From the NCBI GenBank assembly GCA_963817915.1, contig CAWFQL010000012.1, forward strand, positions 128,001 to 192,000: DNA of 64,000 bases. The letters are read 5' to 3'. The DNA comes from an uncultured candidate division Zixibacteria bacterium. GTDB lineage: Bacteria > Zixibacteria > MSB-5A5 > UBA10806. Positions 22,326 through 33,344 of the stretch are shown here, one piece after another; position 1 is the first letter of the stretch; each line of letters starts with the position of its first letter. The position numbers and the translations under genes are program-made. The notes below the pieces were generated by a model. That model was not told the DNA's origin, searched no databases, and saw nothing but the letters and a program-made list of their open reading frames with translations.

Positions 22326-24953
22326 ATGCCCGAAATAGATCCCGTATGCGGAATGGAAGTTGAACCGGAAACCGCCGAATTCAAAACCAAATACAAAGGC
22401 AAAGAGTATTATTTCTGTGCCAAGTCTTGTCTTGAAAATTTCACGGCGGAGCCCGAGCAATATCTTCATCCCAATGTCATAGTCGATGATGGATTGCATA
22501 GTTCGGCATCCAGCACTCACAAGGGCCATTTGGTTCAGTATGCTATTCCTATTTTCAAATTTAATCCCGATAACGTGCTTGCCCAGATGGTCGAATTTAA
22601 TAATCGGATCGGCGATGGCATCGATATCTCCCTCAACGAACGCAAAACCGAAATTATTCTAAAATACGATTCGTCAAAAACTGATCCAGGAAAGCTTTTT
22701 GAGCATCTGGCCAAAATGGGAGTCGAAATCCCCATGCAAAAAACCGAACTGGATATTTCCGGCATGAGCTGCGCTTCATGCGTGCTTAAGATCGAAACCA
22801 GCCTTCGCGGCACCGATGGTGTCTTGTCGGCGGCTGTAAATTTCGGCATGGAAAAAGCCTTTGTTACTCACCTGCCCAAACTTGGATTTGATAATCTAAA
22901 GAAGGTGGTTGAGGACGCGGGATATAAAGTTATTGAGACCTCTCAAATTCCAGGTATTGATTCCGAAAGAGAAGCGCGCGAAAAGGATTATAAAAAGCTC
23001 AAATCCAAATTTATTTTATCAGCCATTGGCGCCGGTGTTGTGATGTTTCTGGCGATGACTATGATTTTGGAGCCAAATGTTAGTCATATAATTCAATTGT
23101 TTATGACCATTCCTGTTATTGTCTGGGGAGGTTCGCAGTTTTATCGTGGATTCTGGTCATCATTGAAACATAAATCGGCGGATATGAATACGCTCGTAGC
23201 TGTCGGAACTGGGGCGGCATTTATCTACAGCCTGGTAGCGACTATTTCGCCCGACCTGTTTGTTTCGACAGGTCATGAAGTAAATGTCTATTACGATACG
23301 GCGGCCGTTATTATAGCGTTGATATTGTTGGGAAAGGTGCTCGAAGCGAGGGCTAAAGGTAAGACATCGGAAGCTATTAAAAAATTAATAGGCTTACAGC
23401 CGAAAACCGCGAGAGTCATCAGGGATGATATCGAAAAAGATATCGAAATCGCGCAGGTAGTTATCGGCGATATTGTAATAGTTCGCCCCGGTGAAAAAAT
23501 ACCGGTCGATGGTAAAGTAATCGATGGCTATTCCAGTATCGATGAATCCATGCTTACAGGCGAAAGCCTTCCTGTGGAGAAAAAAGCTGGAGATAATATA
23601 ATCGGTGCTACCATCAATAAAGTCGGCAGCCTTAGATTCAAAGCCACAAAAATCGGCAAAGATACTGTCCTGGCTCAGATTATAAAAATGGTACAAGAAG
23701 CGCAGGGCTCTAAAGCGCCAATTCAAAGATACGCCGATAAAATTGCGAGCATTTTTGTCCCGATTGTAATCGGTATCGCCGTATTGACATTCGCCATCTG
23801 GATAATGTTGGGCCCGCAACCTTCATTCATAATGGCGCTGATGAACTTTGTTGCTGTTTTGATAATCGCCTGCCCCTGCGCGCTCGGTCTCGCCACACCT
23901 ACGGCAATTATGGTTGGCGCCGGCCTGGGCGCGGAGAATGGTATACTGATTAAAGGCGGGGAAAGCCTTGAGAAAATACATAGTATAGACACCGTCGTAT
24001 TCGATAAAACAGGCACCCTGACGTTGGGCAAGCCGGAAGTCACGGATATTCTAGCATTTCCGCCATTCGATAAGGACCAGGTACTGCTATATGCCGTATC
24101 GCTTGAGAAACTTTCCGAGCACCCGCTTGCCGAAGCTGTCATTAATAAGGCTGCAGAAAAAAACATTGCTCCAATGTATGTCGATAAATTCGCCGCTCTT
24201 CCGGGGTTTGGCATAGAAGGATTCATTGGAAGCAGGAAGATACTTCTGGGCAATACACGGTTAATGAGCGAGGCCGGCATAAATTTGACTGAAAGTATCG
24301 GCGCGTTAGAGAAATTTTCCCTCGAAGGTAAAACTCCGGTAATTCTGGCGATTGACCGGGAGATTGCCGGAATAATCGCGGTATCGGATACAATAAAACC
24401 CGAGGCTATTTCGGTTGTGGAAAAACTCCACCAACGAAAAATCTCGGTTGCGATGATTACCGGTGACAACGAATTTTCCGCAAAGGCGATCGCGGATAAA
24501 ATTCAAATTGACCATGTTTATGCTAATGTTCTTCCCGATCAGAAAGCCAGTCGAATCAATAAACTCCAGGAAACAGGATCGGTCGTAGCAATGGTTGGAG
24601 ACGGTATCAATGACGCGGTCGCCCTGGTTCAGGCAGATGTCGGAATCGCAATCGGCTCAGGGACAGATATCGCTATGGAAGCATCCGATATCACTTTGAT
24701 GAAAAATGATCTCAACGGAGTTATTAAATCGATTGAACTTTCAAAGAAAACATTAAGCACGATAAAATGGAATCTCTTCTGGGCCTTCATTTACAATATT
24801 ATCGGAATCCCGATCGCCGCCGGAATCCTTTTTCCATTGATGGGCACTAAAGGCCTGCTAAATCCGATGATAGCCGCCGGAGCGATGGCGTTTTCATCGG
24901 TTTTTGTAGTCACCAATTCTCTACGGCTCAAAAAGGCAAAATTGAAAGTATAA
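22326..24953 (+). CDS. copA: Cu(+)-translocating P1B-ATPase with N-terminal YHS and HMA domains
   Basis: DPVCGM..YYFC (YHS), [38 protein letters not shown] and MAFSS. Confidence 0.95.
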   Translation: MPEIDPVCGMEVEPETAEFKTKYKGKEYYFCAKSCLENFTAEPEQYLHPNVIVDDGLHSSASSTHKGHLVQYAIPIFKFNPDNVLAQMVEFNNRIGDGIDISLNERKTEIILKYDSSKTDPGKLFEHLAKMGVEIPMQKTELDISGMSCASCVLKIETSLRGTDGVLSAAVNFGMEKAFVTHLPKLGFDNLKKVVEDAGYKVIETSQIPGIDSEREAREKDYKKLKSKFILSAIGAGVVMFLAMTMILEPNVSHIIQLFMTIPVIVWGGSQFYRGFWSSLKHKSADMNTLVAVGTGAAFIYSLVATISPDLFVSTGHEVNVYYDTAAVIIALILLGKVLEARAKGKTSEAIKKLIGLQPKTARVIRDDIEKDIEIAQVVIGDIVIVRPGEKIPVDGKVIDGYSSIDESMLTGESLPVEKKAGDNIIGATINKVGSLRFKATKIGKDTVLAQIIKMVQEAQGSKAPIQRYADKIASIFVPIVIGIAVLTFAIWIMLGPQPSFIMALMNFVAVLIIACPCALGLATPTAIMVGAGLGAENGILIKGGESLEKIHSIDTVVFDKTGTLTLGKPEVTDILAFPPFDKDQVLLYAVSLEKLSEHPLAEAVINKAAEKNIAPMYVDKFAALPGFGIEGFIGSRKILLGNTRLMSEAGINLTESIGALEKFSLEGKTPVILAIDREIAGIIAVSDTIKPEAISVVEKLHQRKISVAMITGDNEFSAKAIADKIQIDHVYANVLPDQKASRINKLQETGSVVAMVGDGINDAVALVQADVGIAIGSGTDIAMEASDITLMKNDLNGVIKSIELSKKTLSTIKWNLFWAFIYNIIGIPIAAGILFPLMGTKGLLNPMIAAGAMAFSSVFVVTNSLRLKKAKLKV

Positions 24954-24981
24954 ATAATCGAAAGCTTTATAAGGAGGTTTT

Positions 24982-25128
24982 ATGTCAATAGATCCAGTCT
25001 GCAAAATGAAGGTTGAAGAGAGCAAGGCCGCCGCCAAAAGCGACTACAAAGGCAAAACCTATTATTTCTGCGCCAAATCTTGTAAGGAAAAATTCGATAG
25101 GGAACCAGAAAAATATTTGGGCAAATAG
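24982..25128 (+). CDS. stand-alone YHS-domain protein, 48 aa (absent from the ORF track)
   Basis: [57 protein letters not shown]. Confidence 0.9.
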   Translation: MSIDPVCKMKVEESKAAAKSDYKGKTYYFCAKSCKEKFDREPEKYLGK

Positions 25129-25457
25129 GCGCTTCGATTTCCGCATAGACGATCAAATGTCAATTGTGGGCATCATTTGGATGCCCATTTTAATGATAAT
25201 AGATTCACATTAACTCCCGTTATCCCCAAAATTATTGTTTCCATCTTAGACCGATTTTAGTATTATAGCCGCATGGTTTTGACTCGCTCGAGCCCGCTAA
25301 CTAATTTTCCCAATTTTTCATTGATAGATACTATCCCCATTAGATTTAATTCAAGTTGTCCCCAAAATTACTCACCCATTTATTTAAAGGAAATATAATA
25401 AGAATCAAAATGAGATATTGATGTAAGCGCGAATAATTTACCGAGTAAGGAGGCCCG

Positions 25458-26681
25458 ATGGCAAAAAAATTATTATTGATGCTATTGTTTCTAACATTCC
25501 TAACGGCGACATGCTTTGCCCTGGAGGTAATTCAGGACACTACCGCCGGACCTCCGGCTCCAGCGCCGCCGACCAATGTGCGGGTGGCTGATAAGCCAAA
25601 CGACGCCGGACATGGCCTGATCGTAAAATGGGATTTGTCCATTGATGACTCCAATGGTCTTGGCAACGTAGTAGCATATGATATTCAACGATCAGCCAGC
25701 GCGGACGGCCCCTTTATATCAAGAGGAGTTGTGGCCAAAGGGATGAATTCCTATGCCGATGTCGATGAAACAGTGCCATCAGCGGATAACCCAAGCCTCA
25801 ATTACATGGCCCCCAATAGCACATGGTACTATAAAGTCGTATCGATCTCGGACAAGAATGTCCGTTCGAATCCCAGCGAAGTTATTTCAGGCACGACAGT
25901 TGAAAATTGGATTCATACGGGTAAGATCCCTATTTTTGTAGCCGCCATACTTTTTACTGTATTCATTTTGATTTTCATTCAGGTTGCAAAGAAGGGCAAA
26001 AACCTTTACGTCAGGCCGATCGCCGGTATCAATGCTGTCGATGATGCCATCGGCAGAGCTACCGAGATGGGCAAGCCTATTCTTTTCATTCTTGGACTTG
26101 GTACAGCCGGTGATATCGCGACTATCGCAGGGTTTACGATTCTTTCGCGCGTAGCCAAACGAACCGCGGAATATCAAACGAAAGTAATTGTGCCTGTTCA
26201 AGACCCCGTCGTGCTTGCTGTCGCGCAAGAAACAGTTAGAACAGCTTATCTTGAGGTTGGCCGTCCCGATCAATACAATCCTGACAATATCTTTTTCCTT
26301 ACATCGATGCAATTCCCGTATGTGGCGGCTGTCAATGGCATCATGCTTCGCGAACGGCCCGCGACAAATTTTTATATGGGCACATTCTATGCCGAATCGT
26401 TGATTCTCGCTGAAACCGGCAATATCGCGGGTTCTATTCAGATAGCGGGTACTGATCAAATCGCTCAGCTGCCGTTTTTTGTCGCGGCCACCGACTATAC
26501 ACTTATCGGCGAAGAGCTTTACGCGGCCTCGGCTTATCTTTCTCAAGAACCGGTCCAGCTCGGTACCCTTAAAGCTCAGGATTATACTAAAGCAGTTGTC
26601 ATGGCTATAATAGTTTTGGGCGCAATCGCAATCACCCTCGGATGGACCTTCATTCGAGATATGGTAACTATAACCCTGTAA
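25458..26681 (+). CDS. module copy 1, subunit A: signal peptide + FN3 + TM + DUF6754-like domain + TM
   Basis: FN3-like PTNVRVAD..VKWD..YDIQRS..YYKVVS; RPIAGINAVDDAIGRATEMG, FYAESLILAETG, DYTLIGEELYAASAYLS. Confidence 0.8.
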   Translation: MAKKLLLMLLFLTFLTATCFALEVIQDTTAGPPAPAPPTNVRVADKPNDAGHGLIVKWDLSIDDSNGLGNVVAYDIQRSASADGPFISRGVVAKGMNSYADVDETVPSADNPSLNYMAPNSTWYYKVVSISDKNVRSNPSEVISGTTVENWIHTGKIPIFVAAILFTVFILIFIQVAKKGKNLYVRPIAGINAVDDAIGRATEMGKPILFILGLGTAGDIATIAGFTILSRVAKRTAEYQTKVIVPVQDPVVLAVAQETVRTAYLEVGRPDQYNPDNIFFLTSMQFPYVAAVNGIMLRERPATNFYMGTFYAESLILAETGNIAGSIQIAGTDQIAQLPFFVAATDYTLIGEELYAASAYLSQEPVQLGTLKAQDYTKAVVMAIIVLGAIAITLGWTFIRDMVTITL

Positions 26682-26693
26682 CCTGGAGACACT

Positions 26694-27314
26694 ATGAAAA
26701 GAGAAATTCCATTATTGATTGTCATGGTTACAGGAATACTGATGTTTTTTCAGTATTTTATACCAAGCAATCTTTCCGAGAGAACATTTACCTTTTTGAA
26801 TGATTGGGTAATGGTAATCGGTATTCTTTCGTTGCCATTAGGAATCTGGAGTCTGGTTAAGGCCAATATTCAAAAATTATCTATTAAAGATGAATGGTTC
26901 TATTCGGCGGTCTTGCTCGCTGGCTTTTTTGTCATGGTCATAAGCGGCTTAAAGCCTAACTGGAGAACTGGTAGCGATATGCTGCATGTCACACTTTTCA
27001 ATAATATCCTTATCCCCATCCAGTCTACTATTTTTTCGCTGCTGGCATTTTTTGTCGCCAGCGCGGCTTATAGAGCATTTCGAGCGCGCTCAGTGCTCGC
27101 GACTATTCTCTTGGTCACCGCTTTGATTATCATGTTCCGTTTAATCCCACTCGGTCCGATCTCGGACGTCAACAATTGGCTTGTCGAAAAAATATTAACT
27201 GTTCCCAATATGGCGGCTAAACGGGCCATCGCGATGGGTATCGCGCTCGGCGCGACCGCAACGGCCATCAAGATCATCATGGGAATCGAACGAACCTATA
27301 TGGGTCGGGATTAG
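26694..27314 (+). CDS. module copy 1, subunit B: uncharacterised polytopic membrane protein
   Basis: MKREIP, LLAFFVASAAYRAFRAR, KIIMGIERTY are conserved in three paralogs. Confidence 0.85.
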   Translation: MKREIPLLIVMVTGILMFFQYFIPSNLSERTFTFLNDWVMVIGILSLPLGIWSLVKANIQKLSIKDEWFYSAVLLAGFFVMVISGLKPNWRTGSDMLHVTLFNNILIPIQSTIFSLLAFFVASAAYRAFRARSVLATILLVTALIIMFRLIPLGPISDVNNWLVEKILTVPNMAAKRAIAMGIALGATATAIKIIMGIERTYMGRD

Positions 27315-27320
27315 GAGGCG

Positions 27321-28166
27321 ATGGTAATGGAATTCTTACACAGAATGATGCAAATCGACCGTCGCTGGATTTACCTGGCAATAGGTCTCGCAGTTATTAT
27401 ACCCGCGATGATACCATTTACGGTGCCGGTTTCTGTTTCCACTGAAGTAAAAAAGATTTACGACTTCGTGGAAAATCTTGGGCCGAATGATTACGTAATG
27501 GTTGCTCTAGATTATGATCCATCCTCAATGGCCGAGCTAAATCCCATGGCAGAGGCAGTGCTTAAACACGCGTTCTCGCTTAATAGAAAAGTCGTCATCG
27601 TAACCCTGGCGCAATTCGGTCCCGGGATGGTAGAAGAGATAGTTACCCGACTCGGCAATGAATACAAGAAGGTTCGCGGAGTGGATTACACATTCCTCGG
27701 CTATCGGCCTTATCCGGCCATCACAATCATGCTGATGGGCACCGATTTCCGCGTACCGTTCCCGCAAGATTATTATGGGACGCCGCTTGATTCACTTCCA
27801 ATGATGCGCGGTATCAAGAATTTTTCGAATGTTAAAGGTGTTATTGATCTCACCGCCGGCAATACGGCCGATTTCTGGATCACCTACGGTAATGGTCGCT
27901 ACGATGTGCCTCTTGCCATCGGGATTACAGGCGTTATGGCCGCCGACTATTATCAATACCTTCAGTCCAATCAGATATTTGGGATTATTCCTGGCGTTAA
28001 GGGAGCCGCGGAGTACGAACGGCTTATCGATAAGCCGGGTCAGGGAATGCAGCAGGCTTCATATCAGGTTGTCGCCCACTCAGTTATTATTCTATTCATC
28101 CTGCTCTCAAATATCGCATTCTTTGTCACCCGCAACCAGAAATCAAAGACGGGAGGTGTGAAATGA
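27321..28166 (+). CDS. module copy 1, subunit C: 2-TM protein with a large central soluble domain
   Basis: DRRWIY, DYDPSSMAELNPMA, GVKGAAEYE, AH..IILF..LSNIAFF are conserved in three paralogs. Confidence 0.85.
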   Translation: MVMEFLHRMMQIDRRWIYLAIGLAVIIPAMIPFTVPVSVSTEVKKIYDFVENLGPNDYVMVALDYDPSSMAELNPMAEAVLKHAFSLNRKVVIVTLAQFGPGMVEEIVTRLGNEYKKVRGVDYTFLGYRPYPAITIMLMGTDFRVPFPQDYYGTPLDSLPMMRGIKNFSNVKGVIDLTAGNTADFWITYGNGRYDVPLAIGITGVMAADYYQYLQSNQIFGIIPGVKGAAEYERLIDKPGQGMQQASYQVVAHSVIILFILLSNIAFFVTRNQKSKTGGVK

Positions 28167-28786
28167 CATCTCAATTATTATGGAACACTGTCGCCGCCTT
28201 CCTTACCCTTTGCATATTCAGTTTTCTATACAAGGATAACCCCTTCTATAAATTCGCGGAGCGGCTCGTGGCCGGTATCGCTACTGGCTATTGGACTATG
28301 CTTTTGTTTCACACCAACTTTGTGCCGATAGTCTGGAACCGTCTGGTTCATGAACACAATTATTGGTATATTATTCCCACATTTCTCGGGCTTTTGATGT
28401 GGACTCGTTTTTCAAAAAAATGGTCGTGGCTATCCCGTTATTCGATCGCCTTCTATATAGGTATCTCGTCCGGTATTTCAATTACCCTGGCGCTTTACGC
28501 GTCGCTTTTCAGACAGTTAGAGGCGACAGTCAAATATCCCCTAACAATGGATGCGGCGGGATTGTCTGCATTGCTGATCATCATCGGAGTAATATCCGCT
28601 CTCATATACTTCTTCTTCTCAGCCGCACATAAAGGCGCGATGGGATTTGGTTCGAAACTTGGAATTTATATCATTATGATCGGATTCGGTGCCGGTTTTG
28701 GCCTTACGGTAATGGGACGTATAGCCTTGCTGGTTCAAAGAGTTATCTTCCTGAAGGGGTATGTTCAATCCTTTTTTGGGATGTAG
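28163..28786 (+). CDS. module copy 1, subunit D: uncharacterised polytopic membrane protein
   Basis: FSFLYKDNPFYKFAE, YFFFS..HKG, MIGFGAGFGLTVMGR are conserved in three paralogs; ATGA overlap with C. Confidence 0.85.
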   Translation: MTSQLLWNTVAAFLTLCIFSFLYKDNPFYKFAERLVAGIATGYWTMLLFHTNFVPIVWNRLVHEHNYWYIIPTFLGLLMWTRFSKKWSWLSRYSIAFYIGISSGISITLALYASLFRQLEATVKYPLTMDAAGLSALLIIIGVISALIYFFFSAAHKGAMGFGSKLGIYIIMIGFGAGFGLTVMGRIALLVQRVIFLKGYVQSFFGM

Positions 28787-28812
28787 CTAAAGGACTATTA
28801 AATTGTCCGCAT

Positions 28813-28840
28813 AGGGGCCGGCTATCCGGCCTCTTTGCTT
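28813..28840 (+). terminator. intrinsic terminator after module copy 1
   Basis: aggggccgg-ctat-ccggcctct followed by a T-rich tail. Confidence 0.7.
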
Positions 28841-28905
28841 TTCTATTCGCGAGCATCAGATTTTATTTGGAACCTATACGATAAAAACATATATATTACT
28901 TTAGT

Positions 28906-31606
28906 ATGTCATCAAGTCGTGCCAGGGTTTATTTTGTAGTCTTAATAACGGTTTCATTCGGCCTGTCATGTGTCTATTTCAATACTATGTTCACGGCTGA
29001 AAAGAAATTTAAGCAGGCGGAAAAAAGCCAGTTCGCCGAAAAGATCCAAGACCAAAATATGAATGCTCCGCCGCAAAGTATCCCCAAGCCGAAGCAAGGC
29101 AATAAGCGATCCAGATTTGAGGAAGGCGTGACCGTAGCAGATCCTCAGGAAAAAGCGCTTTACGATGATGTTATTAAGAAAGCCGGAACAGTCCTGAAAT
29201 ATCATCCTAATTCAAAATGGATAGATGAAGCCCTCTGGCTCATAGGCAAATCATATTTTAATACCGGCGAATATACTCTGGCCGATAGAAAATTCAAGGA
29301 ATTGGTAACCAATCATCCGGAATCAAAATACGCCGATGACTCCTACTACTATATGGGACTCTGCGAAATAATTCTGGGGCATAGCGATGCCGCCTTGACA
29401 GCATTCAGCGAAATCGAGCACTCCAAGAAAAAAAGCCCATACATGGATGATGTTTATTTCACGGGCGGAGTAATGGCCATGAACTCTGATAACTATTCGG
29501 AGGCCGTAGAGCTTTTCAAAAAATATCTTACTGAATTTTCCGGCGAGGATTCCTCCGCGCAAGCCTCGTTCATGATAGGTAAGAGCCAAGAAAAATTGGG
29601 CAATTACATGGACGCCTACCATGCCTACAAAAATGTCGAAAAATACAAACCATCAAAGCAGCTTTATTTCGATGCTACCATTGCGGCCGCCTCGGCAATC
29701 TTAAGAACCGATTCGATTGCGGTAGGAATGGCGGTCCTTCTGGATCTTGCCGATAATCAAAAATATTTCAGCAGATCCGGCGAAATTCGAATGAAGATAG
29801 CCGAAGGATATTACCTCGAAAAACAATTCGATAAGGCAATTGAAATTTATAAAGTCGTTACGGAAAAATATCCTCGAACCAATGATGCCGCTGAAGCTTA
29901 TTATCGCCTGGGAATTATTTATCAAAATGATTTATTTGACATTAAATCCGCAAAGGAATCCTTCACGAAGGCGCAAGGCGAATATCCTCAATCGGAATAC
30001 CGCAATTTGGCCGCAGCGAGACTTGCTCAGATAGCAAAACTCGAGACCTATCAGACGCAGATTCAACGAGCCGATTCACTTGAATTAGCTATCGCGAACG
30101 AAAAGAATACGCCGGTTTCGAATCGATTCGGCAAAATCTACAGGCGACTCGCTACATGTTGCGAGCCTCGATTCCTCAAAATCGATTTCGCCCGATACCG
30201 CTATCGCCTTACAGAGGGTTGATTCGACGCAATCGTCCGATACACCAAAAATGCTAGTCGATAGTACTGTTTCACCGAAGCAAGACAAAAAGCCTGATTC
30301 CTTGATGACGCTGGCCGACAGCTCTGTATCAACGAACCCAAACAAAATGCCTGATTCCCTAAAAACACCGGCCGATAGCTCTGTCTCACAAAAACAAAAC
30401 AAAAAGCCTGATTCCCTGGCGATCAATTATCCAACGCTTGGGCCATATCTCCGGGACATGATCAAGAATATAAATTCATCCGCAATCGCCCCCGAGGACT
30501 CATCCCTTAAATCGAATACACAGGACAGCTCCAAAGCGACTGTTTACGGTCCGAATCCGGAAAAATCGGCAAAAGCGCCTGCACTTAGCCCGGTGGATTC
30601 TATCGGATTCGCCGAAATCAAGGCAAGACAGGATAGCATTCGATTGGATATTTCCACTGCCGGGATTGATGCGCGTTACCAGCTCGCGGAGCTTTACGCC
30701 TATGAATTGAATCGTCCGGATTCCGCCCTGAATGCGTATAAGAATTTGTTAGAAAAATTCCCCAATTCCCGCTATGCCGCCAAATCTCTTTTAGCCTCTG
30801 CTTATATCGAAATGAACCGCGGCGATTCGATCAGCGCCAATACTTATTTGAAGGATCTAGTAGACAAATATCCTCGTAGCGTCCAGGCCGCCGAGGCCGC
30901 GGATCTGCTGAATTTCAAGATCAATCTTTCAGACAACGCTGTCGGCCTTTATGCCGTCGCTGAAAGTCTGGTGTTCCAAGGTAATAATCCCGACTCTGCG
31001 ATTGCATTATATAAATATATTGCCAGTGAATTTCCCGATCTTGCGCCTAATGCCTCATTTGCGGTCGCCTGGATATTAGACCAGGTTGAAGGAACGACTG
31101 ACAGCTCGGCTTATTTCGCGTATTCTCTGGTAAATGAAAAATACCCGCAGACCGAGTTTGCCGAGGCGGCCAAAATCCGCATAGGTTTAATCAAAAAAGA
31201 AGAGACAAAACGAATTCCTAAACGGGAGCAGCCACAACAAACCGATGAAAACATTCCTGACACATCCAGTCAGATTTCTGGTAATATTCCGATGGCGCCC
31301 CCCATCAAAACCGCAGGCGATTTCGTATATCCTCAAGCGCTCTTTGGCCGTGACCTAAAAGGAAATGTGATCTTTAAAATTAAGATGGACATTAGCGGCA
31401 AGGTCCAGGATTATGAGATTATCGGACCGTCCGGTGAAACCGCAATTGATTCATCCGCCACCGCCGCCTTACTAAAAACGGTTTTCGATACATCCAAGCT
31501 CGATCTGGCACAACTTGACAATTATTTTCAGTATTCGATACATTTCAAACGACCACAAGTAGATATTTATAATAATCCTTATGATAGTCTTAATTGGAGG
31601 CGATAA
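28906..31606 (+). CDS. large TPR lipoprotein with a C-terminal TonB_C-like domain (frameshift near 30121)
   Basis: Lipobox-like GLSC; TPRs such as HPNSKWIDEALWLIGKSYF and KYPRT..AAEAYYRLG; C-terminal YPQ..GNVIFKIKMDISGKV..SG..AIDSSA; removing one base joins the two ORFs. Confidence 0.75.
30236..30418 (+). repeat. about three 57-bp coding tandem repeats (19 aa)
   Basis: SDTPKMLVDSTVSPKQDKK / PDSLMTLADSSVSTNPNKM / PDSLKTPADSSVSQKQNKK / PDSL. Confidence 0.8.
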
Positions 31607-32430
31607 TAAAATATTCTAACTGCTACCCAATTATTAACAAAGAATATTTATCTTCCTCGGTTATAAAATTTAAAATTAAGGCAGATGAGATCGCGTCGAT
31701 TTCCAGACCTGGCCAATTTGTCCAAATCCGTACCAGCGATGACTATTTTCCTCTGTGGCCGAGACCGTTCTCCATCCATGACGCCGATTCTCAAAAAGGC
31801 GTTATCGACATCATTTTTAGGATTTCGGGGCTTGGCACATCTAAGCTCGCCCAAATGAATATTGAACAAAAATTGCATGTTTTCGGGCCGTTGGGCAACG
31901 GATTTCCCAATCTCGATAAAAATTCCAATTCATTGCTTGTCGCCGGTGGGGTTGGTTTGCCCCCATTATATTTCCTTGCAAAAAGGGCAATAAGAAATGG
32001 TGTTTCCCCCGCCAGGATTTCCATGATTTCCGGGGCAAGAAATAATGCCGAATTATTTGCCCAGAATGAAATAACCGAACTTGGAATCGATTTACAAATC
32101 TGTACTGACGATGGAAGTAAAGGCACAAAAGGAACCGCAGTGGATCTATTAGGAAAAAAGCTATCCGAAATGAAGTATAATCATGTTTATTCCTGCGGGC
32201 CTTCCGCCATGCTGCAGAAAATAGATCAACTTCTGATAAATAAGAATCTTCAAGGCTTTTTCTCGCTTGAAGCATTGATGCCATGCGGTTATGGCATATG
32301 CAGCGGATGCGCGATAAAGACCATTCCATCACCGGATTGCGGCCCGACTGACGACAAGAGAGACTATCATCTAAAACGAGTCTGCTACGATGGTCCTGTT
32401 TTCAAATCAGGGGAGGTGATGTGGGAATGA
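31594..32430 (+). CDS. pyrK: dihydroorotate dehydrogenase B electron-transfer subunit
   Basis: PGQFV, RPFSI, GPLGNGF, GGVGLPP, CGP, MPCGYGICSGC...VCYDGPVF; adjacent to pyrD (start codon uncertain). Confidence 0.9.
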   Translation: MEAIIKYSNCYPIINKEYLSSSVIKFKIKADEIASISRPGQFVQIRTSDDYFPLWPRPFSIHDADSQKGVIDIIFRISGLGTSKLAQMNIEQKLHVFGPLGNGFPNLDKNSNSLLVAGGVGLPPLYFLAKRAIRNGVSPARISMISGARNNAELFAQNEITELGIDLQICTDDGSKGTKGTAVDLLGKKLSEMKYNHVYSCGPSAMLQKIDQLLINKNLQGFFSLEALMPCGYGICSGCAIKTIPSPDCGPTDDKRDYHLKRVCYDGPVFKSGEVMWE

Positions 32431-33344
32431 ACATCAATCTTGAGGTCGAGATTTCCGGACTAAAATTCAAAAATCCAATTCTGACTGCGTCCGGATGTTT
32501 TTCATACGGGGAAGAGGCAGCCGAATTATATGATCTATCTTTGCTCGGCGGAATCATCACCAAATCAATAACTCTTTTGCCCCGTGAGGGTCACCCGCCG
32601 CCTAAAGTATGTGAAACAGATGCAGGGATGCTTAACGCTATAGGATTATCTAATGTCGGCGTAGAAAAACTTATCTCAGATAAGCTGCCATTCTTAATGA
32701 AATTCGATACTGTCAGAATAGTCAGCATCGCTGGTTCCACAATAGATGAATATGCCAGGTTGGCTGAGATTCTCTCCGCGCAAAAAACGGTAGACGCGTT
32801 GGAGGTAAATATCTCATGTCCCAATGTAGATGAGGGCGGCCTGGAATTTGGGGCATTTAGCGGCCCCGCAGGCAAAGTCATTAATGAAGTAAAGAAACAT
32901 TTCAAAAGACCTGTAATAGCCAAGCTCTCGCCTAATGTCACCAATATCGTCGAAATTGCCGAAAGCGTGGCTGATAATGGCGCTGATGCGGTGTCCTTGA
33001 TAAATACGCTCGTCGGAGCTTCAATTGATATTAATAAAAGAAAATTCAAGCTCTCGAATACTTTCGGAGGCTTATCGGGTCCTGCCATCCGGCCGGTCGC
33101 GATTGCGATGGTATATAAAGTATCAAAAGCCGTAAAAATTCCGATAATCGGAATTGGAGGAGTAACGACTTCTTCTGATGCCATCGAATTTCTTTTGGCG
33201 GGCGCTAAGGCTGTTCAGGTCGGGACCGCTTGTTTTATCGAGCCCAATGCTCCGTTGAATATTATTGAGGGAATTACAAACTACCTTCAATCTCAGGGAG
33301 AAAACAACATCAATAATATTATTGGTACTGTTGGCAAATCATGA
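32427..33344 (+). CDS. pyrD: dihydroorotate dehydrogenase B catalytic subunit
   Basis: NPILTASG, MLNAIGLSN, NISCPNV, KLSPNVT, GGLSGPAIRP. Confidence 0.95.
   Translation: MNINLEVEISGLKFKNPILTASGCFSYGEEAAELYDLSLLGGIITKSITLLPREGHPPPKVCETDAGMLNAIGLSNVGVEKLISDKLPFLMKFDTVRIVSIAGSTIDEYARLAEILSAQKTVDALEVNISCPNVDEGGLEFGAFSGPAGKVINEVKKHFKRPVIAKLSPNVTNIVEIAESVADNGADAVSLINTLVGASIDINKRKFKLSNTFGGLSGPAIRPVAIAMVYKVSKAVKIPIIGIGGVTTSSDAIEFLLAGAKAVQVGTACFIEPNAPLNIIEGITNYLQSQGENNINNIIGTVGKS

Noticed and set aside
23723..24469. 248-aa antisense ORF, and similar ones at 25887-26546, 32591-33184 and 8860-9393
   Set aside because: Shadow ORFs on the opposite strand of well-supported genes, with no recognisable motifs
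25013..25213. 66-aa ORF from the track
   Set aside because: It overlaps, in another frame, the YHS gene 24982-25128, which has a strong SD and a clear motif
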